64,000 nucleotides of DNA from Acidobacteriota bacterium. GTDB taxonomy: Bacteria > Acidobacteriota > JAAYUB01. The translations under genes were made by a program, and so were the position numbers. Below are positions 37,613 through 46,400 of the stretch, piece after piece (within the stretch, counting starts at the first letter, position 1; each line of letters begins with the position of its first letter). Location: the NCBI GenBank assembly GCA_018001935.1, contig JAGNHB010000024.1:8511-72510 (forward strand). The letters are read 5' to 3'. The notes below the pieces were generated by a model. It saw only the letters and a program-made list of their open reading frames with translations, made no database searches and was not told the origin of the DNA.

Positions 37613-38599
37613 TTATTCTGTTGGGCTGGCGGGGGGGAGGGCGGGGACGGGGAGGGAGACCACGCAGTCCGCCTTTTCACACACCACCAGCAGGCGTTTG
37701 CCGTCCGGCGTGAACGCCACGTCCACGGGGCCCTTGGGGACGCTCACCGCCGGTAGGCTCCCCGTCAGCGCCGCGTCGACGGAGAGGAACGCCACCACCC
37801 CGGCCCGGTAGCAGGCCACGGCCAGGAGCCGCTCGTCGGGCGAGAGCGCGACCCGGAACGGCCCCCCGGGCAGCGGCCGCTTCTCCAGGACCTGCTTCCG
37901 GCGGACGTCGTAGACCCACACGTCGTTGGACCGGGAGTGGGCGATGAAGAGCTTCCGGCCGTTCCCGTTCAGGGCCAGGCCGTCGGGCCCGTCGCCGACG
38001 GGCAGGGTCTGGGTGCCCTTGAAGGTCTCGAGGTTGACCACCGACAGGGTGTTCTCCGCGCTGTTGGCCACCCAGGCCGTCTCGCCGGAGGGGTGGACCG
38101 CCACCGCCAGGGGCTTGACGCCCACCTTCGCGGTGGCGGCGATGCGCCGCGTCTCCAGGTCCACCGCGTCGAGGCGCCCGAACTTCCCTCGGCCGTAGTT
38201 GGCCACCAGGACCCGGTAGCCGTCCGGCGTCAGGGCCATCTCGGTGGGCAGGTTGCCGACCTTGAGGGTGTCCTTCAGCTCGAGGGCGGGGTACTCCACC
38301 ACCTTCACCAGCCCGGCATTCATGTTGGAGACGTAGAGGAGCTTCCCGTCCGGGGAGAAGACCAGCCCGAGCGGTCCGAATCCGATCTTCACCCGCGCGG
38401 TCTCGCGCAGGGGGTCCAGGGCGAGGACGGACAGCTCGTCGGAGGCGAAGTCCGTGACCACGGCGCTCTTCCCGTCCGGGGCGAGGCGCACGAAGTTGGG
38501 GCCCTTGCCCACCTTGACGGTCTGCAGGCCGGGAGGGGGCGGGGCGGCCGCCAGGAAGGCGGCGGCGAACCAGGGGGCGAGGGTGGCGAGCCGGCGCAT
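37613..38599 (-). CDS. YVTN-family beta-propeller repeat protein (secreted)
   Basis: Start MRRLATLAPWFAAAFLAAA (signal). Repeated ~40-aa units containing ...DGK.LYVAN....V.V.D... (e.g. SPDGKLLYVSNMNAGLVKVVEY; HPSGETAWVANSAENTLSVVNL). Confidence 0.6.
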   Translation of the reverse strand: MRRLATLAPWFAAAFLAAAPPPPGLQTVKVGKGPNFVRLAPDGKSAVVTDFASDELSVLALDPLRETARVKIGFGPLGLVFSPDGKLLYVSNMNAGLVKVVEYPALELKDTLKVGNLPTEMALTPDGYRVLVANYGRGKFGRLDAVDLETRRIAATAKVGVKPLAVAVHPSGETAWVANSAENTLSVVNLETFKGTQTLPVGDGPDGLALNGNGRKLFIAHSRSNDVWVYDVRRKQVLEKRPLPGGPFRVALSPDERLLAVACYRAGVVAFLSVDAALTGSLPAVSVPKGPVDVAFTPDGKRLLVVCEKADCVVSLPVPALPPASPTE

Positions 38600-38600
38600 G

Positions 38601-39527
38601 TCAGTCCACCCCGAGGGCGCGACGGCAGGCCCGGAGGGTGTTTTGCATGAGCAGCGCGATGGTGAGCGGCCCGACGCCGCCCGGGACCGGGGAGACGGCC
38701 CCGGCGCGCTCCACGACCGTGCGCCACTCCACGTCGCCGGCAAGGGCGCGTCCCTTCTTGAGCAGCGTGCGGTGCTGGGGCGAGTTTTCGCCGGCGATCC
38801 GCACGATCTCCGCCTCGTCCTCGACGCTGTTGATCCCCACGTCCACCACCACGGCCCCTTCCCTGACGTAGTCCGCGGTGATCAGCCCGGCCCGGCCCAC
38901 GGCGGCCACCAGGACGTCCGCCTGGCGGCAGACGCCCGGGAGGTCGGCGGTCTTCGAGTGGGTGCTGACCACCGTGGCGTTGCGGGCCAGGAGCAGCTGG
39001 GCCACGGGCTTGCCCACGATGACGCTGCGGCCCACCACCACGGCGGTCTTTCCCTCCAGGGGGACCTGGTAGGCGTCCAGCAGCGCCATGACGCCGGCGG
39101 GGGTGCAGGGGACGAGATCAGGGCGTCCGGCCAGGAGTCGCCCGAGGTTGTAGGGGTGGAAGCCGTCCACGTCCTTTTCGGGGCGGATCAGTTCCAGGAG
39201 TTCCTCCGACGGGAGCCCCTTCGGCAGGGGCAGCTGCAGCAGGATCCCGTGAACTGCGGGGTCGTCGTTGAGCCCCGTCAGCACCTCCCGGACTGCAGCG
39301 GCCGAGGCGTCGGCCGGCAGGGGCACGTGCCGGGACCCCATGCCGATCCGCCCGCAGGCGTCGATCTTGCGCTTGACGTAGACGTGGGAGGCGGGGTCGT
39401 CGCCCACCAGGACCGTGGCCAGGGTGGGCGCCGTGCCGGCCCGCCCCCGGAGGGCCTCCACCTCCGCCTTCACCTGGTCCAGGATGCCGTCCGCCGTTTT
39501 CGCGCCGTCGAGGATCGTCGCCGTCAT
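38601..39527 (-). CDS. folD: bifunctional methylenetetrahydrofolate dehydrogenase/cyclohydrolase
   Basis: MTATILDGAKTADGILDQVKAEVEAL...YVKRKIDACGRIGMGS...GILLQLPLP...CTPAGVMALL...VVVGRSVIVGKPVAQLL are canonical FolD motifs. Confidence 0.85.
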   Translation of the reverse strand: MTATILDGAKTADGILDQVKAEVEALRGRAGTAPTLATVLVGDDPASHVYVKRKIDACGRIGMGSRHVPLPADASAAAVREVLTGLNDDPAVHGILLQLPLPKGLPSEELLELIRPEKDVDGFHPYNLGRLLAGRPDLVPCTPAGVMALLDAYQVPLEGKTAVVVGRSVIVGKPVAQLLLARNATVVSTHSKTADLPGVCRQADVLVAAVGRAGLITADYVREGAVVVDVGINSVEDEAEIVRIAGENSPQHRTLLKKGRALAGDVEWRTVVERAGAVSPVPGGVGPLTIALLMQNTLRACRRALGVD

Positions 39528-39688
39528 GGGTCACCTCCCGTGAGGGGCGAGCATACCAGAACCGGCCCTCCCGGGCAAGACCGCCGTGCCGCCCGTTTCC
39601 AACGGGCGCACGAGAACGGTTTTTTCTCGGGCGGAATTGGTATACACTGGGCGGGCCCCGGGAAACCTGTCCGAATCGGGGGGGGCGG

Positions 39689-39770
39689 CGATTGCGACAG
39701 CGACAGCGATTGCGATTGCGATACCGATACCGATACCGATACCAATTGCGATACCGATACCGACAGCGAC
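39689..39770. repeat. hexanucleotide tandem repeat (GCGATT/GCGACA/GATACC units, about 13 copies)
   Basis: GCGATTGCGACAGCGACAGCGATTGCGATTGCGATACCGATACCGATACCGATACCAATTGCGATACCGATACCGACAGCGAC, in the divergent intergenic region between folD and the ymdB-like gene. Confidence 0.8.
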
Positions 39771-39807
39771 CCCGAGGGGTGGGAGTTTGAGGGAGAAAGA
39801 AGGCAGC

Positions 39808-40596
39808 ATGAAGATCCTTTGCATCGGCGACATCATCGGGCGGCCGGGGCGGCGGGTGCTCCGCGAACTCCTTCCGGAGCTGCGGCGCCGGCACGGGATC
39901 GACTTCGTCGTGGGCAACGCCGAGAACGCCGCGGGGGGGTTCGGGCTCACCGCCGAGGTGCTCAACGACCTGCTGCAGCTGGGGGTCGACGCCCTGACCA
40001 CGGGCAACCACATCTGGGACCGGAAGGAGTCCACCCCCATCCTGGAGCGGTCGGAACGCGTCCTGCGCCCCCTCAACTACCCGCCGGGCGTCCCCGGCCG
40101 GGGCTTTTCGGTCTTCCCCACCACCGGCGGGGTCCGGGTGGGGGTCCTCAACCTGGAGGGGCGCGTGTTCATGTCGGCCCTGGACTGCCCCTTCCGCGCC
40201 GCCGACGCCGCCCTGGAGCGCCTCCGCGAGCAGACCCCCGTTATCGTGGTGGACTTCCACGCCGAGGCGACCTCGGAGAAGATGGCCCTCGCCCGTTACC
40301 TGGACGGGCGCGTCACGGTGGTGTTCGGAACCCACACCCACGTGCAGACCGCGGACGAGAGGATCCAGGCCGGCGGGACCGCCGCCGTCACCGACGCCGG
40401 GATGACCGGCGGCCACGACTCCGTCATCGGCATGCAGCCCGCCCCCTCCGTGCGCCGCTTTCTCACCCAGCTCCCCGTCAAGTTCGAGCCCGAGAAGAAC
40501 GGCCTCCGCCTCAACGCCCTCCTCGTGGAGGCCGACCCTTCCACCGGCAAGGCCCTGACGGCCACGCGGCTGAACCTCCCCCTGGACACGCACTGA
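39808..40596 (+). CDS. YmdB-like metallophosphoesterase (TIGR00282; 2',3'-cyclic-nucleotide phosphodiesterase family)
   Basis: ATG at 39808: MKILCIGDIIGRPGRRVLRELLPELRRRHGIDFVVGNAENAAGGFGLT...TGNHIWD is the YmdB signature. The upstream part of ORF 39586.. is a translated hexanucleotide tandem repeat, not coding sequence. Confidence 0.7.
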   Translation: MKILCIGDIIGRPGRRVLRELLPELRRRHGIDFVVGNAENAAGGFGLTAEVLNDLLQLGVDALTTGNHIWDRKESTPILERSERVLRPLNYPPGVPGRGFSVFPTTGGVRVGVLNLEGRVFMSALDCPFRAADAALERLREQTPVIVVDFHAEATSEKMALARYLDGRVTVVFGTHTHVQTADERIQAGGTAAVTDAGMTGGHDSVIGMQPAPSVRRFLTQLPVKFEPEKNGLRLNALLVEADPSTGKALTATRLNLPLDTH

Positions 40597-40602
40597 GGGC
40601 GC

Positions 40603-42378
40603 ATGGGAAGCCTTCTCGCCGCCCTGATCCGACGCCGCCCCCCCACCGGTACGCCGGGGGAGGGAGGGCGCCCCGGGCAAGGGGCGGACGCCTCCCGGCA
40701 GGGGTGGCGCCGCTGGGGCGTCCTGGCGGGCCTCCTGGCGGTGCTGGCCACGTTCCCCCTCTGCCGGTCGGGCTACCTGCGGGAAGCCTTCACGGACATC
40801 GATGAGGTGATCTATCTGGTCACTGCCGACGCCATGGCCCAGGGCCAGCGGCTCTACACCGACATCTGGGACCACAAGCCCCCGCTCCTGTACCACCTCT
40901 ACGGGTGGGTCCTCCGGGCCGACCCCTCCGTCCGCGCGATCCGCTGGTGCGCCCTCTTCCTGGCCGCGGGCAACACCCTCCTGGTTTTTCTCCTGGCCCG
41001 GCGGCTCTTCTCGGCGGCGGGCGGGGTGGCCGCCGCCTGGCTCTTCGCCGTCTTCACCGGCTTCTACTGGGCCAACGCCCTCCAGACGGAGCTGTTTTTG
41101 GTCCTGCTCCAACTGGCGGCCCTGCTGGTCCTGCTGCGTCGTCCCGGCCCCTTCGGGCGACCGGTCCGGCTCTTCCTCGTCGGGCTGCTCTTCGGGGCGG
41201 CCTGCATGATCAAGTACGTGGCCCTGTTCACCTTCGTGCCGCTCGCCCTCCTCGCCGCCTGGGGCGGTCGGGAGCACGGCGGCTGGCGGAAGGCCGCCGG
41301 GGGCCTCGCGGCGGGCGTCGCCGGCTTCGCCGCGGTCCCGGTGTTCTACCTGGTGACGATGGGGCTGGACGGGACCCTGGCCGACGCGTACGCCGCCACC
41401 GTGAGCTACAACGCCGTCTACGTCTCCCACGACGCCTGGAAGCTCTTCGTGACGTACGGGCGCTTCTTCCTCTTGGACTTCGCCCGGGAGCAGTGGTTCC
41501 TCCTGGCCCTGGGCTTCGGCGGGGCCGCGCTGGCCGCCGCCCGGCTCCGGCGGGCCACGGACCGGGAGGCGTCCTTCGCCCGCGCCCTGGTCCTGGTGTG
41601 GCTGGGCGCTTCCCTCGTCGCGGCCGCCTCGCCCCTGAAGTTTCTCCATCACTACAACTACATGTTCCTGCCGGGCTTGTGCTGCTTCGCCGGGATTTTC
41701 TTCTCCCGGGAGAGCGCCCCGGGAGCCCCGCCGGGCGGGCGAAGGGGGCCGGGCCGTTTCCGGGCCGCCCTCCCCGTGGCCGCGGCGGCGGCGATCCTGG
41801 CCGCGACGGCGCCGCTCGTCGTCGTGCAGGCGCGGGAGAACCGCGAGCGGCTCCGCTCCCTGCCGGAGCGGGTGGAAAGCTCCAACCACGAGTCGGTGCT
41901 CCTCGGGCGCTACCTTCGCCGGCACACCGCCCCGGGCGAGCGCATCTACCTCTGGCGGAACTACTATCTCGACACCTACTTCTACGCCGGGCGGCTCCCC
42001 GCCAGCCGGGTCTTCGTCTGGTTCTACTGGCTGCGCGACTTCCCGCCCCCCGGCGGCTTCGCTGCCCTCGAGACGGACTTCCGCCGTCACCCGCCCGTCT
42101 ACATCGTGACGGGCGGGAGCGACATCCTGGCCGGGCGGGACTTCCCCCCCATGGAACGGATCCTGAGGGAGGAGTACCGAGAGGAGCAGCTCCCCGACGC
42201 CCTGCGGAACCGCCTCACCCCGACCCGCCGCGACCAGGTCCGCCTCTTCCGCCGCATTCAGCCCCCCCTGCCGTTCCTACGCGACGTCCCGTCGCGGACG
42301 TTCCTACGCGGCGTCCCGTCGCGGACGTTCCTACGCGGCGTCCCGCCGCGGACGTTCCTTCAAGCCCTCCCCGCGTGA
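40603..42378 (+). CDS. polytopic membrane protein, probable GT-C-type glycosyltransferase (ArnT/PMT-like), with C-terminal 7-aa tandem repeats
   Basis: About 12 predicted TM helices and an early DxD-like FTDIDEVIYL. Adjacent to a GT2 gene. C-terminus RDVPSRTFLRGVPSRTFLRGVPPRTFLQ is encoded by 3 x 21-nt tandem repeats at about 42281..42360. Confidence 0.5.
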   Translation: MGSLLAALIRRRPPTGTPGEGGRPGQGADASRQGWRRWGVLAGLLAVLATFPLCRSGYLREAFTDIDEVIYLVTADAMAQGQRLYTDIWDHKPPLLYHLYGWVLRADPSVRAIRWCALFLAAGNTLLVFLLARRLFSAAGGVAAAWLFAVFTGFYWANALQTELFLVLLQLAALLVLLRRPGPFGRPVRLFLVGLLFGAACMIKYVALFTFVPLALLAAWGGREHGGWRKAAGGLAAGVAGFAAVPVFYLVTMGLDGTLADAYAATVSYNAVYVSHDAWKLFVTYGRFFLLDFAREQWFLLALGFGGAALAAARLRRATDREASFARALVLVWLGASLVAAASPLKFLHHYNYMFLPGLCCFAGIFFSRESAPGAPPGGRRGPGRFRAALPVAAAAAILAATAPLVVVQARENRERLRSLPERVESSNHESVLLGRYLRRHTAPGERIYLWRNYYLDTYFYAGRLPASRVFVWFYWLRDFPPPGGFAALETDFRRHPPVYIVTGGSDILAGRDFPPMERILREEYREEQLPDALRNRLTPTRRDQVRLFRRIQPPLPFLRDVPSRTFLRGVPSRTFLRGVPPRTFLQALPA

Positions 42379-42384
42379 CCCCCC

Positions 42385-43434
42385 ATGGCCAAGCGACCCG
42401 CCTTTTTCGTCAGCATCGTCACCTGGAACTCGGCGGCCGAGATCGGCCAGTGCCTCGAGAGCCTCCGGCAGCAGACCTTCCGGAACTTCCGGGTCGGGAT
42501 CCTCGACAACGCTTCCTCCGACCGCACGCTGCGGACGATCCGCCACCTGTCGAGCCTGGTGAGCGTCCTGGTGACCTCCCCGGAGAACCTGGGCTACTCC
42601 GGCGGGCACAACCGGCTCCTCACCCGGGCGCACTCCGACTACGTCCTTTTCCTCAACCCCGACGTCCGGCTGGCCCCGGACTTCCTCGAGACCGCCCACG
42701 CCGCCCTGGAGGCCCGGCCGGAGTGCGGGAGCCTGGCGCCCCGGCTGCTCCGGATGGCCGGCGTCGAGGAGGCCTTCGCCCCGCTGCGTTTCCTCGATTC
42801 CGCCGGGATGTTCTGGACCCGGTCCCAACGGCACTTCGACCGGGGGAGCGGCCAACCCGACGACGAGCGGTACCGCCGTTCGGAGTACGTGTTCGGGCCC
42901 TCGGGCGCCGCCGCCGTTTACCGCCGGGCGTGCCTGGACGACGTGGCGTTCGGGAAGGAGGTGTGGGACGAGGACTTCTTCGCCTACCGCGAGGACGCCG
43001 ACCTGGCCTGGCGGGCCGCCTGGCGGGGGTGGAAGTGCCTCTACGCCCCGGAGGTGACGGCCTGGCACGTCCGGAAGGTCCTCCCGCGGGGCCGCAGCCG
43101 CTACCCGGCCGCGGTCAACCGGCACTCGGTCAAGAACCGCTTCCTGCTGCGGATGAAGAACATGCCGTTGTCGACCTTTCTTCGCTTTTCCCCCTGGATC
43201 CTGGCCCGGGACCTCTGCGTGCTCGCCGGGGTGTTCCTCAAGGAGTTCCGCTCCATCCCGGCCTTCGGGCAGGTCCTGCGGCTGGTCCCGCGCTTCCGGG
43301 CCAAGCGGCGCCACGTCATGGGCCACCGCAAGGCCGGCGCCGCGGACCTCGCCCGCTGGTTCACCCAGTCCTCCCGCCCCTTGACGGAAACGGCCGAGCC
43401 TCAACGTACGGAGGTCGGAAAATGCAAAGTTTGA
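42385..43434 (+). CDS. family 2 glycosyltransferase
   Basis: FFVSIVTWNSAAEIGQCLESL...ILDNASSD...SPENLGYSGGHN...FLNPDV are GT2 (GT-A fold) motifs. Confidence 0.7.
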   Translation: MAKRPAFFVSIVTWNSAAEIGQCLESLRQQTFRNFRVGILDNASSDRTLRTIRHLSSLVSVLVTSPENLGYSGGHNRLLTRAHSDYVLFLNPDVRLAPDFLETAHAALEARPECGSLAPRLLRMAGVEEAFAPLRFLDSAGMFWTRSQRHFDRGSGQPDDERYRRSEYVFGPSGAAAVYRRACLDDVAFGKEVWDEDFFAYREDADLAWRAAWRGWKCLYAPEVTAWHVRKVLPRGRSRYPAAVNRHSVKNRFLLRMKNMPLSTFLRFSPWILARDLCVLAGVFLKEFRSIPAFGQVLRLVPRFRAKRRHVMGHRKAGAADLARWFTQSSRPLTETAEPQRTEVGKCKV

Positions 43435-43437
43435 CGA

Positions 43438-43570
43438 GCCCGCAAAAAGTCGCGAAAGGGAGATTTCCCGCGAATAACACGAATATACGCGAAGTTATAA
43501 CACGAATAATATCTATTGATTGTTGATTTCTGATTCGCGTTCATTCGCGTGATTCGCGAGTAAAATGCGA
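43438..43570. repeat. long imperfect palindrome / low-GC hairpin (CCGCAAAAAGTCGCGAAAGGG...CGCGAATAACACGAATATACGCGAAG | ...ATTCGCGTTCATTCGCGTGATTCGCGAGTAAAATGCGACTTTTGCGGG) between convergent genes
   Basis: A ~12-bp perfect outer stem plus CGCGAAT/ATTCGCG inner repeats around an AT-rich centre. Candidate bidirectional terminator or MITE remnant between the GT2 and ADA-like genes. Confidence 0.5.
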
Positions 43571-43759
43571 CTTTTGCGGGGGTGTCATCATTGGTTTTTC
43601 CCAAGAGTTACCTTTCCTTGCCGAGTTGCTCTTTTTTCCAGAATATTACTCTGTTAACTCCTCGGTCTCCGCGCCCTCCGCAGTTTGCTTGGTGGCTTGA
43701 TTATCCGTCCTTTTTTCTGCGTGTTCTGCGTGTTCTGTGGTCCGATGCGGCCCCGGTCG

Positions 43760-45313
43760 TCACTCGGGTTTCGCGGGGAAGCGGGCCTCGAAGCGGACGA
43801 TGGCGCGTTCCAGTTCCACGAGGGCCTCCAGGCGGGGCGACTTGCCCATCCGCTCCCGGAGGGCGGCGGTCGGCTGCCACCCTTCGGACCGAACCCCCTC
43901 GAATCCCGGGGCGAGGCGGGCCGGGTCGCGGCCGAGGTAGAGGCTCTCGCCCGGGAGGAAGGAATACTCGAGGCTGTTGCGGGCCAGGTCCTTCAGTTCG
44001 AGGTAGGTGGCTTCCTGCTCACGGACGGCGTGGAAGAACTCCATCGTGAGGTTGGTCCGGCTGACCCCCTCGTCGTCGGTGTTGAGGCACAGGGGCACCC
44101 TCGCCTCCCGGTAGAGCCGGAAGGGGTGGGCCTTGCCGGCAACCCCCAGGATCACCCGGTTGCTGGTGAGGCAGATCTCCACGCAGATCCCCTCGTCCCG
44201 CATCTTCCGCAGCAAGCCGGGCAGGTCGCGCTCCCACATCACCGAGACCCCGTGCCCGATCCGCCGGGCGTGCCCGGTCTCGATGGACGTGCGGATCCGG
44301 TCCAGCAAGGACTCCAGCGGGGCGATGTCCAGGGTCAGCTCCCCCGCGTGCAGGGTGACGGCGGGCCGCCCCAGGCGCTTCCACAGGAAGTCCAGGATCC
44401 GCATGTGGGCCCCGAAGTACTGGTCGGAGTTGGGCTGGTCCTCGGCCGAGAGCAGGTTGACGCCCACCACCCGGGGGTCGGCGCGGACCGCCGCCAGGGC
44501 GAAGGCGATGGGGGCGAAAAGCTCGTCGGGCGGGGACTGGCGGTAAAGGGCCGTGATGTAGCGCAGGCCGAAGGGGGCGGCCGTCCCGGTCGGCGAGGGG
44601 GTCCCCAGCCGCCGGGCCAGGGCCTCGTCCCGGGCGTCCAGGCAGCGCTTCACCGCGGAGACGTACCGGTCGAGTTCCGGTTGAACCGCCCCGAAGGCGG
44701 CCTCGAGGTCCGCGTCGGTGGGGTCCTCGGGCAGGGGGGTGGGCAGCCGGAAGCGGGCGACCCCCTCGTCCGCGCCGACAATGGGGGCCATGACCTCCAG
44801 GTAGCCCACGTTCTGCTCCCGCGCCCGCCGGATCACCTCCGCCAGCATGTCTTCGACGGGGTACGCCGCCCGCACCGCGGGGGACGCGTAGCTGAAGGCC
44901 TCGAAAAAGTGGTCGTGGCCGGTCATGCCCTCCACGGCAAGGCCGCGGGTGCTGACGCGGTTGAGCCACTGCGACAGGAGCTTCCGGTCGGTGCGGAGCT
45001 GTGCCGCCGGCACCCGGTTCTTCCCGGGACCGTCCACGAAGAGGCGGGCGGCGGTGTCGTAGTACAGCCCCGCCTTCAGGGCGGCCTTCAACCAGAACTC
45101 GGCGTAGACCGCGCCGGCGAGGTGAGTGTGGAGTTCCCCCCCCTTCGGCATCGCCTTGAGGAAGGCCACGAGGTCGGCGTCCCGGGGGAGGGCCTTCCGG
45201 AAGGCGGCCTCGGCCTCTTTCTCACCGGCGGGGAGGGACAGGGCGAAGAGGCCGGCCAGGAGAAGAACGGCCAGGATCGCCCGTTGAATGCGGGGGTTGC
45301 GGTGTTGCGTCAT
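43760..45313 (-). CDS. secreted adenosine deaminase-family protein (ADA/ADGF-like)
   Basis: Start MTQHRNPRIQRAILAVLLLAGLFALSLPAG (signal). Metal-binding motifs GGELHTHLAG, LHAGE and CLNTDD are typical of adenosine/AMP deaminase-fold enzymes. Confidence 0.7.
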   Translation of the reverse strand: MTQHRNPRIQRAILAVLLLAGLFALSLPAGEKEAEAAFRKALPRDADLVAFLKAMPKGGELHTHLAGAVYAEFWLKAALKAGLYYDTAARLFVDGPGKNRVPAAQLRTDRKLLSQWLNRVSTRGLAVEGMTGHDHFFEAFSYASPAVRAAYPVEDMLAEVIRRAREQNVGYLEVMAPIVGADEGVARFRLPTPLPEDPTDADLEAAFGAVQPELDRYVSAVKRCLDARDEALARRLGTPSPTGTAAPFGLRYITALYRQSPPDELFAPIAFALAAVRADPRVVGVNLLSAEDQPNSDQYFGAHMRILDFLWKRLGRPAVTLHAGELTLDIAPLESLLDRIRTSIETGHARRIGHGVSVMWERDLPGLLRKMRDEGICVEICLTSNRVILGVAGKAHPFRLYREARVPLCLNTDDEGVSRTNLTMEFFHAVREQEATYLELKDLARNSLEYSFLPGESLYLGRDPARLAPGFEGVRSEGWQPTAALRERMGKSPRLEALVELERAIVRFEARFPAKPE

Positions 45314-45513
45314 GGCGGGATGATCTCCGTTGCGGGCGGCTTTTCGGGAACCGCCCTTCAGGCTTTGGATGCGGGCCGGCGTCCGTCGGTTCCGGCCGCG
45401 GGTCCCCCGACACCATAGCATCATCCGGGCGGTAACATCAACCCCCGCGAAGCGCGGGAGGGGAGGGGGCGGGAAAGAAGGGCGCGGAGGCGCCGGGGAA
45501 AGGAGAGGAGGTG

Positions 45514-45586
45514 TGGGAGTTATGGGAGTTATGGGAGTTATGGGAGTTATGGGAATTATGGGAATTATGGGAATAGTGGGAGGAGA
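45514..45586. repeat. 9-nt tandem repeat (GGGAGTTAT x4, GGGAATTAT x3) in the 5' region of the secreted adenosine-deaminase-like gene
   Basis: GGGAGTTATGGGAGTTATGGGAGTTATGGGAGTTATGGGAATTATGGGAATTATGGGAATAGTGGGAGG. Lies 200-270 nt upstream of the ADA-like start on the minus strand. Confidence 0.8.
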
Positions 45587-45629
45587 GGGAAAAGTAGGCG
45601 CGATTCGCGGGGGGAAGAGCCTTTCGTGG

Positions 45630-46379
45630 CTATTGGCGGGGACCTTCTTTCTCCCAATTGAGGGTGACGCCGCCGTAGACGGTGGTGGAGTGGCCGTTGA
45701 CGCTCGCGGCGCCGATGGCGTGCTTCGCACGGTCCCCGAGGGGGATGGAGCAGGCCGCCGTGGGGACCAGGGAGAAACCCTTCCCCAGCGGGAAAGTGAA
45801 ACCGACCTGCAGTTCGGCGTTGTAGGGCCCGGCGAACTTCTCGTCGCTGGGGTCCAGGCCCATGTAAGCGTTGTCGAGGTTGAACCCGACGTTGGCGCCC
45901 ACGTCGAAGGTGGCGTCCCGGGGCAGCTTGAAGGAGTGGCTGACGGCGGCCTGGAGGAAACCGCCCTTGCCGGCGTCGACATCGACATAGACCGCTAGCG
46001 TGGGGTTGAGCACCGTGTCGAGGCTGCCGGAGACGTACAGCTCCTGGGACCTCTGGTCGAAGAAGCCCATGTAGTTGTAGCCGGCTTCCAGGGTGAGGGG
46101 CCCCAGCTCCCAGGCGTAGGCGAGGGTCAGGTCCACCTCGGACCAGCGCGTCCCCTCGAAGTCGTAGTTCGACCAGAACGTGGCACTGAAGCCCTTGTAG
46201 CCCACCGTGGCGCTCTCCTGGCCCACGAAGCCCTCGGAGAGCCGCTGCCCTCGCCAGACATAGTTGCTCAGGAAGGCGCTGGAGGCGGAAAACTCCACGT
46301 CACCGGCCAGGGCCGGCACGCCGCAGAGCGTCATCAGAAGAGCCACGCACGGAAACAGGGGCCTCGGGAAACGTCCCAC
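45630..46379 (-). CDS. outer-membrane beta-barrel protein (TorF/Gcw_chp TIGR02001-like)
   Basis: Signal peptide (MGRFPRPLFPCVALLMTLCGVPALAGD). Family-typical SNYVWRGQRLSEG...YNYMGFF. Ends on an aromatic-rich beta strand. Confidence 0.55.
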   Translation of the reverse strand: MGRFPRPLFPCVALLMTLCGVPALAGDVEFSASSAFLSNYVWRGQRLSEGFVGQESATVGYKGFSATFWSNYDFEGTRWSEVDLTLAYAWELGPLTLEAGYNYMGFFDQRSQELYVSGSLDTVLNPTLAVYVDVDAGKGGFLQAAVSHSFKLPRDATFDVGANVGFNLDNAYMGLDPSDEKFAGPYNAELQVGFTFPLGKGFSLVPTAACSIPLGDRAKHAIGAASVNGHSTTVYGGVTLNWEKEGPRQ

Positions 46380-46400
46380 GGTCCACCTCCGGTGGGGATT

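Noticed and set aside
43760-45988. 742-aa ORF extending upstream of the adenosine-deaminase-like gene
   Set aside because: The extension translates the 9-nt microsatellite (PIIPIIPITPITP) and Pro/Ser/Thr-rich junk. A signal-peptide-bearing ATG (MTQHRNPRIQRAILAVLLLAG) at ~45313 gives a normal-length ADA-family protein.
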